DNA from: Bacillota bacterium | GTDB lineage: Bacteria; Bacillota; Clostridia; Acetivibrionales; JANLFN01 | Reading direction: 5' to 3' | Assembly: GCA_030705825.1 (NCBI GenBank) | Contig: JAUZPR010000005.1 | Coordinates: 1 to 63,059 of the forward strand | DNA length: 63,059 nt | In this document: positions 11,080 to 18,677 of the stretch, piece after piece | How positions within the stretch are numbered: the first letter of the stretch is position 1 | Layout: each line of letters starts with the position of its first letter | Program-made: the position numbers and the translations under genes | The notes under the pieces: model-generated | The model's database searches: none | What the model was told of the DNA's origin: nothing | The model's input: the letters and a program-made list of their open reading frames with translations, nothing else

Positions 11080-11124
11080 CTGACAACTGTCATCTGTCAA
11101 TTGTCAACTGTCAACTGCCTTTCA
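11080..11124 (-). repeat. Heptad-phased array (GACAGTT x5-6 on the minus strand) in the rpsO-pnp intergenic leader
   Basis: CTGT/TTGT/CTGC on + at 11087,11094,11101,11108,11115. Closed by CACTGA/TCAGTG and embedded in a longer imperfect inverted repeat (about 10992-11031 versus 11125-11150). Confidence 0.8.
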
Positions 11125-11280
11125 GTGCTTACCTTAGCCTTAACCCTGCCTGTTCTTTTCTGTCACTTCATATACAATCTGCAGTATTATACTTTTTAAT
11201 TTTCATCTCTATTTTTATCGAATTACATAATTATTAAACATTAATATCGCTCTGAAAATATTTACAATAACTATAAAAGC

Positions 11281-11304
11281 AAAAATGAGCGGAAAGCTCC
11301 GCCC
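11281..11304 (-). terminator. Intrinsic terminator after rpsO
   Basis: Minus strand GGGCGGA-GCTT-TCCGCTC followed by ATTTTT, immediately after the rpsO stop. Confidence 0.6.
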
Positions 11305-11311
11305 ATTTTAA

Positions 11312-11575
11312 TTATTTTCTGAGATTAAGTTTTTCAATTATGGCACGATATCTTTCAATATCGCATTTCATCAGATAATTGAGTAAACCTCTTCTTTGTC
11401 CAACCATTTTTAAAAGTCCTCTTCTTGAATGGTGATCCTTTTTGTGTGTCTGAAGATGATCATTCAAATGATTGATTCTTTCTGTCAAAATAGCGATTTG
11501 AACTTCCGGCGAACCGGTGTCGTTATCGTGAAGCTTGTACTTCTCGATAATTTCCTGTTTTAATTCCTTAACCAT
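11312..11575 (-). CDS. rpsO: 30S ribosomal protein S15
   Basis: 87 aa, TGSPEVQIA...[23 protein letters not shown]. Confidence 0.97.
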   Translation of the reverse strand: MVKELKQEIIEKYKLHDNDTGSPEVQIAILTERINHLNDHLQTHKKDHHSRRGLLKMVGQRRGLLNYLMKCDIERYRAIIEKLNLRK

Positions 11576-11731
11576 TAAAAAAATTCCTCCTTGTTGTTAA
11601 TCGCCGCAGGCCAGGTATCCGGTCGGAGTCTTCCGAAAACCGAGCGTACGGTTAAATTACATGTTGTATTTTAGCATATTGTAAGTAAATTGTAAATAAA
11701 ATGATTAAATAATTGCATTCAAGCAGTAAAG

Positions 11732-12961
11732 TCAGTTGATATTTATATCCAAGCATAAAATATGCTTATTGCCTGATGAATCAGAAAATGCTTCTGAAAC
11801 TGTTTTGCATAAATTGCCTGTTGCCATTGAAATATAAGGTTCTGAGATATATTGCTGTAATGTGGTGCCGTGTATCATAAAATAATAATCCTTATATGAA
11901 TGATCGGTTCCTTTTACAGCCGGTTCAAATATACATCTTTTCGATAAAAAACACTTATCACTTGTATCATAAATGGTATTGGTCTTTTGTATTCCCTTTT
12001 CATCCAGAATATATGCACATTCTATAAAATCCAGTTCCTTAACTACCTGTCCAAGTTTATGATCATACTCGCAGGGCTCTGTTGATTTCAGTTCTTTTGC
12101 AATTCCTCTTCCCAATACCTCCAATTTATACTTTTGAACCATTTCATGCTTTGTTTTATTTATGGAGTAGACTTTGAATTTATCACCAGTCCTCTTTGTT
12201 TTCAATACCAGATCATTCAAATTAATGCTATTGAAAACCATAGGCTTTGAATAATAATACCCCTGTATTATATCTACGCCATACTGTAAAACAGAAACCG
12301 CTTCCTCTTCACTTTCAACACCTTCCGCTACAACAAACGCTCCAACTTTTCTAGCAAGCTCTGAAAGAGATTTGAAGACCTCCTGCTTATAAAATTCAAC
12401 GTTTATGTTCTTGATTAAAGCTTTATCAATCTTAATAATATCGGGTTTTACCAGAGCAAACCTGTCCATATTTGAATGTCCGGATCCAATATCATCCAAA
12501 GCTATTATAAAACCATAATCCCTATAAGTATTAATAAACTTCATCAAACTTTTAGTATCGTTCACTTTTGATTCTTTAATCTCAATTACCACATTCTCAG
12601 GTTTTATCGAATAATCACATATCAGGTTATAAAAATTCCCTGAGCCTACAACATTCTTGTCTATTATCGAAGTGTCCAGATTTATAAAAAGCTTTGTATT
12701 ATTTGTGTTGTTATCAATTGATGTGAATACTTCAATAATTTTCCTTCTGCAAAGCCTGTCCAATTCAAGAACCAAATCATTTTCTTCGGCAATTTCGAAC
12801 AGAATATCCGGCGGAATAATAGATTCACCCACTATTCCCCTTGATAAAGCTTCAAAACCAATTATCTTGTTTTTCTTTATAGAGACTATAGGCTGAAAAT
12901 GAACGATAATATTTTCTTTGTCAATTAATTCCCTGATATTAAAATCATATGTCACATTCAC
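11732..12961 (-). CDS. EAL-domain c-di-GMP phosphodiesterase with C-terminal Cache/PDC-like sensor domain
   Basis: N-terminal EAL domain (FEALSR, DDIGSGHSNM, EGVESEEE). The C-terminal roughly 150 aa carry a Cache-like motif (YISEPYISMATGNLCKTVS...LCLDI). GTG start with AGGAAG RBS, 10 nt after the MCP stop. Confidence 0.8.
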   Translation of the reverse strand: MNVTYDFNIRELIDKENIIVHFQPIVSIKKNKIIGFEALSRGIVGESIIPPDILFEIAEENDLVLELDRLCRRKIIEVFTSIDNNTNNTKLFINLDTSIIDKNVVGSGNFYNLICDYSIKPENVVIEIKESKVNDTKSLMKFINTYRDYGFIIALDDIGSGHSNMDRFALVKPDIIKIDKALIKNINVEFYKQEVFKSLSELARKVGAFVVAEGVESEEEAVSVLQYGVDIIQGYYYSKPMVFNSINLNDLVLKTKRTGDKFKVYSINKTKHEMVQKYKLEVLGRGIAKELKSTEPCEYDHKLGQVVKELDFIECAYILDEKGIQKTNTIYDTSDKCFLSKRCIFEPAVKGTDHSYKDYYFMIHGTTLQQYISEPYISMATGNLCKTVSEAFSDSSGNKHILCLDININ

Positions 12962-12971
12962 CGTATCTTCC

Positions 12972-14516
12972 TCATAATCCCGTATCCAGCTTAAGATCTA
13001 TTCCTATTACTCCAACTATTTTTCCTTCTTTATCTCTTATAGGTGATGAATAAGTTATACATGGATTTTTTGTGATTGCTGATATATATACTGAAGATAT
13101 AAAGTCTTCTCCCTTCATACTTGACTTAAACCAATCCCTGACACCGGCATTGGCAATTCCTGCTTCCGGAATTGAATATATGAATCTTCCTCTTATATCA
13201 TTAGACCATGCTGCCTCTATGTATTCAACGCTTTGAACCAATTCATCCAGAAGTCTTGTATGTGTATTTTGGTCCAATTCAATAAAACCGGGAATTTCAT
13301 AGTACTTATCCATTAAGACCTTGAACTCGGAAATTTTTTGTTCAATGGCTTCCTTGTTTTTATTATTGTATTGTTCCAGATCCGAACTATCGAACAAGCT
13401 TGCAAGATTCATTGATGAATTATTAAGCCTGTCCCCCATCTTGGAGAGGTCTCTGATATTATGCTTGTGAGTATGTATGGATTCTTTAACTTCTTCGACC
13501 TTTTGTGTTGTAACTTCTACTATGTTTTCTACTGAATGGATCTTGGTTTCAACACTCTTGGTCAATTCAGCCTCCTCTTTTGACAAAAGATTGATTTTCT
13601 GGATCATTTCCATAACACTCTTAAATGATGAATCTATGTTTCCAAGATTGCTTTCAACACTTTTAGAGGTCTCGACACCACTCATTACAACTGTTTTATT
13701 TTCCTTTACAACCGAATACATATCTTCAATTTCACTTTGTACATTATTAATCAGTCCGTTTATATTATTTACAGATTCTGCAGTATTCATGGATAATTTT
13801 CTTATTTCATCAGCCACTACCGAGAATCCTCTGCCTGCTTCGCCTGCACGTGCAGACTCAATCGAAGCATTCAAAGCCAGCAGGTGTGTTTGCTTTGAAA
13901 TATTCTCAACAGTTTCAAGAATATTAACAATTTGTTTAGAGGTTTCATTCAGCCTCTCCATGCAACTCATTGTCTTTTCAGTAGATTCTTTAATCATGTC
14001 AACAGTCTTTACAACATCATATATTTCAGTCAGACTTCTTTTTATAATTTGATTAGATTCAACACTTATCATCTCTGCTTCACTCGACGTATCTCCAACA
14101 TTCTCCAAAAGAGTCATGGCATTTTTAACAACTTCAACAGTATCCGCCATGTTTTCCTCTACCTGCTTTTCATAGTCAGTCATCTCTTTAGCATCGGAAT
14201 AAAGATTGTTTATAAAATTATCACTGTCTTCGATAGTAATAAGCAGCTGTTCTGATACAGACGATACCTGGCTTGATGCTGCCTGAACCTCAAAGTTGAA
14301 TTTCTTAAGTCTGCCCTTTGTTGAATCGTATTTATTTTTCATTTCCTTCCGGAATGATACATGTATTTTAAAAAGTGTCGCAGTACCCACTGCAACAAGC
14401 ACCAGAATTCCGGCAATATCTAACCACACATTCTGTTTTCTTAATAAAAACATAAGAATTATTGTACATACAGGAATAATTGTTGATACGAATTTAAACC
14501 AAAACTGTTTTTTCAT
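12972..14516 (-). CDS. Methyl-accepting chemotaxis protein with C-terminal Cache/PDC-like domain
   Basis: Two N-terminal TM helices, conserved signalling hairpin [30 protein letters not shown], then a C-terminal Cache-like module (RDWF...[20 protein letters not shown]...GVIGIDL). Confidence 0.85.
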   Translation of the reverse strand: MKKQFWFKFVSTIIPVCTIILMFLLRKQNVWLDIAGILVLVAVGTATLFKIHVSFRKEMKNKYDSTKGRLKKFNFEVQAASSQVSSVSEQLLITIEDSDNFINNLYSDAKEMTDYEKQVEENMADTVEVVKNAMTLLENVGDTSSEAEMISVESNQIIKRSLTEIYDVVKTVDMIKESTEKTMSCMERLNETSKQIVNILETVENISKQTHLLALNASIESARAGEAGRGFSVVADEIRKLSMNTAESVNNINGLINNVQSEIEDMYSVVKENKTVVMSGVETSKSVESNLGNIDSSFKSVMEMIQKINLLSKEEAELTKSVETKIHSVENIVEVTTQKVEEVKESIHTHKHNIRDLSKMGDRLNNSSMNLASLFDSSDLEQYNNKNKEAIEQKISEFKVLMDKYYEIPGFIELDQNTHTRLLDELVQSVEYIEAAWSNDIRGRFIYSIPEAGIANAGVRDWFKSSMKGEDFISSVYISAITKNPCITYSSPIRDKEGKIVGVIGIDLKLDTGL

Positions 14517-14538
14517 AAGACCTCTCTCCTAAATTCAA

Positions 14539-14566
14539 ATTATAATGAATTCTTCATTGAATTCAA
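14539..14566 (-). promoter_or_regulatory. Candidate sigma-A promoter for the MCP-EAL operon
   Basis: Minus strand TTGAAT, 16 nt, TATAAT, about 25 nt upstream of the AGGAGAGAGG RBS and ATG 14516. Confidence 0.4.
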
Positions 14567-14811
14567 AATTTCAAAGATAGGGACATCCAGGTCCCTTTTT
14601 CAGCCATTCCATCTTTGGTTTAATGACAAAAACAAAAGAGTGCTTAAAGAATATCTCTTAAGCACCCTTGGCTAAGTTTTCTATTTATTAATTTAATAAA
14701 TAATAACACAAAGTACTTAATTTTACAATACTTGTTTTACGTTAATTAATGAACCTTTGATTATGCTGAGGAATATTATGTTAATAAAGTTGATGTTATG
14801 GAGGAGTAACT

Positions 14812-15012
14812 ATGTACCAAATCCCAAATCTTTATGGTAGTCAGGGTGCTATGCCCATGAATATGCCTGCATTTCAACTTGCTCATGCTTATGTTCCTGT
14901 TCAACAAATGACCTGCATATATCCACCTATGGTGGGTTTGAAGCAGGGTACTATCTTCCCTGAACTTGATAGACCTTACGGTGTTGAACCTGAGTATACG
15001 GTTGATGCATAA
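14812..15012 (+). CDS. cotJA: Spore coat-associated protein CotJA
   Basis: 66 aa (AHAYVPVQ...GTIFPELDRPY), GGAGG RBS, first gene of a cotJABC arrangement. Confidence 0.8.
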   Translation: MYQIPNLYGSQGAMPMNMPAFQLAHAYVPVQQMTCIYPPMVGLKQGTIFPELDRPYGVEPEYTVDA

Positions 15013-15025
15013 AGGAGGCAGAAAT

Positions 15026-15280
15026 ATGGATATGGATTGCGAAAGAGCCATAAGAGAGGTTATGGCTGCAGATTTTACCTGTTATGATCTTGCACTTTAT
15101 CTTAATACACACCCTTTTGATACGCGTGCTCTGGCTGTTTATTACAGTTCGGTACAGAGAGCTCGCAGTCTAAGGGAAAACTACGAAAGAATGTGTGGAC
15201 CGTTAACTGCACAGGCAAGTACCAGGACCTTGAATTGCTGGGAATGGGCGCTTACCCCCTGGCCCTGGGAATGGCAGTAA
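15026..15280 (+). CDS. cotJB: Spore coat protein CotJB
   Basis: 84 aa from ATG 15026 (AAGGAGG at 15012-15018), motif DLALYLNTHPFD. The track start 14966 overlaps cotJA and lacks an RBS. Confidence 0.8.
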   Translation: MDMDCERAIREVMAADFTCYDLALYLNTHPFDTRALAVYYSSVQRARSLRENYERMCGPLTAQASTRTLNCWEWALTPWPWEWQ

Positions 15281-15285
15281 AAATA

Positions 15286-15317
15286 AGTTGACAGTTGGCA
15301 GAGGACAGTGGACAGTT
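15286..15317 (+). repeat. Heptad-phased array (AGTT core, 5 units) just after the cotJB stop
   Basis: AGTT/AGAG/AGTG at 15286,15293,15300,15307,15314. Confidence 0.75.
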
Positions 15318-15361
15318 ATTTTAGAAAGATAATAAAAGACGGTTGTAAGCTCAATAACTTT

Positions 15362-15407
15362 AATCTATAACCTATAACTGTAAACTGTACACTGTACACT
15401 GTACATT
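15362..15407 (+). repeat. Heptad-phased array in inverted orientation (AACTGTA/CACTGTA, about 7 units) just before the cotJC RBS
   Basis: AATC/AACC/AACT/AACT/CACT/CACT/CATT at 15362..15404 in 7-nt steps. Partially complementary to 15286..15317. Confidence 0.75.
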
Positions 15408-15427
15408 AATAACAAGGAGGTAAAGAT

Positions 15428-16015
15428 ATGTGGATTTATGAGAAAAAACTTGAATATCCGATTAAAATTAGAACGTGTAATCCAACAATGGCAAAATATA
15501 TAATCACTCAATACGGCGGTCCCGATGGAGAACTTGGTGCTTCGTTACGATACCTGAGCCAGAGGTTCAGCATGCCTACTAACGAGGCCAAAGCGACTTT
15601 GAATGACATAGGCACTGAAGAACTTGCTCACCTTGAAATGGTTGGCTCAATGGTTTATCAACTGATAAGGGGCGTCCCTGTAAAAGAGCTCGAAAAGTAT
15701 GGCTTAGGCTCTTATTTCACTCAGCATGACCATGCCATATACCCTGTTGACGCTTCTGGCGTACCCTATTCTGCTGCCTCCTTCCAATCGATGGGTGATC
15801 CGGTTGCCGACCTGACTGAGGACCTGGCGGCAGAACAAAAAGCAAGGGCTACTTATGAAAATCTCATTAACCTGACAGATGACCCTGATGTAATAGATCC
15901 TTTAAGGTTCCTTAGAGCAAGAGAAATAGTGCATTTCCAGCGCTTCGGTGAGACGCTTGATAAAGTCCAGGATGAGCTGGGCAAGAAAAAATACTTTGTA
16001 AACAAACCTTATTAA
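15428..16015 (+). CDS. cotJC: Manganese-catalase-family spore coat protein CotJC
   Basis: 195 aa, YGGPDGELGASLRYLSQRF...EELAHLEMV...EIVHFQRF, AAGGAGG RBS. Confidence 0.9.
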   Translation: MWIYEKKLEYPIKIRTCNPTMAKYIITQYGGPDGELGASLRYLSQRFSMPTNEAKATLNDIGTEELAHLEMVGSMVYQLIRGVPVKELEKYGLGSYFTQHDHAIYPVDASGVPYSAASFQSMGDPVADLTEDLAAEQKARATYENLINLTDDPDVIDPLRFLRAREIVHFQRFGETLDKVQDELGKKKYFVNKPY

Positions 16016-16016
16016 T

Positions 16017-16050
16017 TTTAAAGGCTGGAGAAACCTCTCCAGCCTTTATA
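16017..16050. terminator. Bidirectional terminator between cotJC and the TPR gene
   Basis: Perfect 11-bp stem AAGGCTGGAGA / TCTCCAGCCTT with 4-nt loop, flanked by T and A runs. Confidence 0.75.
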
Positions 16051-16066
16051 CCCACAATTTAATAAT

Positions 16067-17413
16067 CTATTCAAATAACTGCCAAAAATATTTCCATGTG
16101 CCTCCAGTATTAAGTAAAATTAAGTATTCATCCGTTTGACTATTCATTCCTGTCATTGTTATGTTCTCATGAACTTTTAAAATTACGGTTTTTATTGTAT
16201 TATCTATACTTCCTACAGCAATTATCTGTTCATTTGATATACTTACATTTAAATTACTATCAATCTCTTTATCGTTTTTGTACATACTCCCTATATCAAT
16301 TATATCTGATTTATATTGGGAATCATAAATATTACAATTATCAGCACTTAAGCTATCATAAATGTTTCCACCAAATAAATCATTTAATATTTTTAAAGCT
16401 TTTTCTTTAATACTATTGTCTTCATCAATATTTCCGGTTGTATTTACTTCCGTAAATTTCATACCTTTAAATATATTATCAGACAATATATCATAATTCA
16501 TAAACTTAGTTCCAAATAGTTTAATTACGTCTGGATCACCGAACTTATTGTAGAATTCATCAGAATTAATTATTTTTTTTAAAGCTTGTTCATTTACAGC
16601 CTGAAATAAATAAGACTTATCTATTTCGACTGCATCTTTAAGGCTTTGCATAGATTCGCTTGTTTTATCAAGCGTTGCCAGAACAATGCACTTTTTATAT
16701 GTTGCTTCAGCATAATTAGGATTTAATTTAATTGCGTTATTGTACGAGTTAAGTGCCTCTTCAAATTTTCCAAGATAATATAATGCATCACCATTATCTT
16801 TATATAATGGAGCATATTTAGGAATCAAGGTAATAGCTTTATTAAAATACTGCAGTGCTTCTTTATAGTTCTTTGAATTCAAATAAATTCTTCCTATTCT
16901 ATGATATACATATCCTAAGTTGGGGTTTAATTGCAGAGCTTTCTTGTAATTTGTAAGTGCATCTTTATAATTTTCCAATGCCTCCAATGATTGTCCTTTG
17001 TTACCATAGGCCTCAGCATATTTTGGCTTCAATTTAATTGCAATATCGTAATTCTTAATTGCTTCCTTGAATTCTTCCAGACAATATAGTGCATTCCCCT
17101 TCCAATAATATACATCAGGGTATTTGGGAGATAACTGAATTGCTTTATCATAACAGGTGATTGCTTCGTTAAAATCATTATACCCCCAATATATAGCTAG
17201 TCCTTTATATAGGTATGCATCTATATATTTAGAATCTAAAGAAATTGCCAAATTAAAATTTTTTAATGCATCATCATATTTGTACTGCTTATAATATTTC
17301 ATTCCTAAATTAAAATAGTCTTTTGCCTTTATTGTAGTTTTCGCAGAAACAGGACTAAGCGAAAAGATAAAAAATGATAATGAAATTAATAGCATTAATA
17401 ACCTTTTATTCAA
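16067..17413 (-). CDS. Secreted tetratricopeptide-repeat protein with uncharacterised C-terminal domain
   Basis: Signal peptide MNKRLLMLLISLSFFIFSLSPVSA, about 7 TPR units (AxxxYxKALxLxPxY pattern), then a roughly 170-aa C-terminus with no recognisable motif. Confidence 0.7.
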   Translation of the reverse strand: MNKRLLMLLISLSFFIFSLSPVSAKTTIKAKDYFNLGMKYYKQYKYDDALKNFNLAISLDSKYIDAYLYKGLAIYWGYNDFNEAITCYDKAIQLSPKYPDVYYWKGNALYCLEEFKEAIKNYDIAIKLKPKYAEAYGNKGQSLEALENYKDALTNYKKALQLNPNLGYVYHRIGRIYLNSKNYKEALQYFNKAITLIPKYAPLYKDNGDALYYLGKFEEALNSYNNAIKLNPNYAEATYKKCIVLATLDKTSESMQSLKDAVEIDKSYLFQAVNEQALKKIINSDEFYNKFGDPDVIKLFGTKFMNYDILSDNIFKGMKFTEVNTTGNIDEDNSIKEKALKILNDLFGGNIYDSLSADNCNIYDSQYKSDIIDIGSMYKNDKEIDSNLNVSISNEQIIAVGSIDNTIKTVILKVHENITMTGMNSQTDEYLILLNTGGTWKYFWQLFE

Positions 17414-17590
17414 TTATCTCACTACCTTTACAAAATATAATATTATAAAATTATATATGTAACTGATAAATATATCAATCATAATTGAAACGTCATACAT
17501 GCACTGGTATAATGGCTTTTTAATAAAACAATTTTATGTAAATTATGCGGCAGGAAAGTAAAACCCTAATAGTTAAAAACTAATAACCCC

Positions 17591-17621
17591 AAAAAATAAA
17601 AGGCTGGATTCTCCAACCTTT
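17591..17621 (-). terminator. Intrinsic terminator after the DinB-family gene
   Basis: Minus strand AAAGGTTGGA-GAAT-CCAGCCTTT followed by a T-rich run. Confidence 0.6.
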
Positions 17622-17628
17622 TATATTT

Positions 17629-18087
17629 CTACTTTCCTTCTATATCCGCAACCCTTTTTCTGAAATGTTCAATATGTATTCCAAGGTGCTTATAATAGTC
17701 GATAACCAGTTCCTCCAACGTAATTGTCTCTTCTCCAACCACCCATACGTTTTCTAAAGACGTTTGATTCATGTTATTTATAACATTTAAAATCAAATAA
17801 TTATAATTGCGCCATAAATCAATAAGCGTATTCCAATCAAGCATTTGATAATTTTGTGCTTTCAACCACTCTTCACCCTTGTATGCCGGGAAATCAAGAA
17901 GATCACCAAATTGCAGTCTTACAAATCTCTGGTGGTTATTTGAAGCCGAATCAATCAAATGCCCTATTATATCTTTAAGGGACCACTTTTCATCAGACAG
18001 CCTTATTCCGGTTTCTTCCGGTTCAGTATTTAAAAGTTCAGTATGAAACGAGTCAATAGTAAATTTATATTTTTCAATTTCAAACAC
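17629..18087 (-). CDS. DinB-family (DinB_2-like) metal-dependent protein
   Basis: 152 aa with a four-helix-bundle His pattern (HLIDSASNNHQRF ... HLGIHIEH). Confidence 0.6.
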   Translation of the reverse strand: MFEIEKYKFTIDSFHTELLNTEPEETGIRLSDEKWSLKDIIGHLIDSASNNHQRFVRLQFGDLLDFPAYKGEEWLKAQNYQMLDWNTLIDLWRNYNYLILNVINNMNQTSLENVWVVGEETITLEELVIDYYKHLGIHIEHFRKRVADIEGK

Positions 18088-18091
18088 TACT

Positions 18092-18445
18092 TTAACCCTC
18101 TTTCTTGATCTTGTTCTTTTTGACTACTTCAAGGTAAGAATGATCTATCATTTCCAGTATTTCTTTCTCAACCTGTTTTCCGTCATCCAAAAGAACCGTA
18201 TTCCAAAATCTCTTGTTTCTGTTTGGTACATGATATCCGGGAATAACACTGTCAGGATATTTCTGTCTCAAGAGCACCGCCAGGGTTGGATCGCATTTTA
18301 GTGTTATTTTAAGTCTATCTTTTTCGTATATTTCAGCAAATATTCTCCCGTCTACCTTTATTACCGAGGGCCATTGACCAAATGGGAAAACAAGCTCAGC
18401 TCCCTTTTTTGACAGACAATAATCGATTATTTTTTTAACAGACAT
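18092..18445 (-). CDS. MmcQ/YjbR-family protein
   Basis: 117 aa, typical length with a YjbR-like N-terminus (IIDYCLSKKGAELVFPFG) and a ...PGYH..N.R.WNTV motif. Confidence 0.6.
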   Translation of the reverse strand: MSVKKIIDYCLSKKGAELVFPFGQWPSVIKVDGRIFAEIYEKDRLKITLKCDPTLAVLLRQKYPDSVIPGYHVPNRNKRFWNTVLLDDGKQVEKEILEMIDHSYLEVVKKNKIKKEG

Positions 18446-18677
18446 AGAACCTCCTGAAATAATAAAGAAAAACCCAAAAGAAACGTTAGTCCTAAATATA
18501 TTAATAATATATTTAATAAGTTTTAATGTAAATACAATTTATATATTTTTACATTAATGATAATTTACCGATAATTCTTTGATTTAACATAAAACTGTAT
18601 TATAATATTATTATGAGAAATTAGCTTGCCTAATTGTTTTGTTTTCTTGTTGGTGTTTTAGTTAAGGGGAGTAAAAT

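Noticed and set aside
11576-11731. rpsO 5' leader as an S15 autoregulatory structure
   Set aside because: A G+C-rich segment (CCGCAGGCCAGGTATCCGGTCGGAG...) directly upstream of the RBS could fold. I could not match it confidently to a known S15-binding leader architecture without a covariance search, so it is not called.
14776-15051. 91-aa ORF antisense to cotJA/cotJB
   Set aside because: It overlaps two well-supported cotJ genes on the opposite strand. It has no RBS and no motif.
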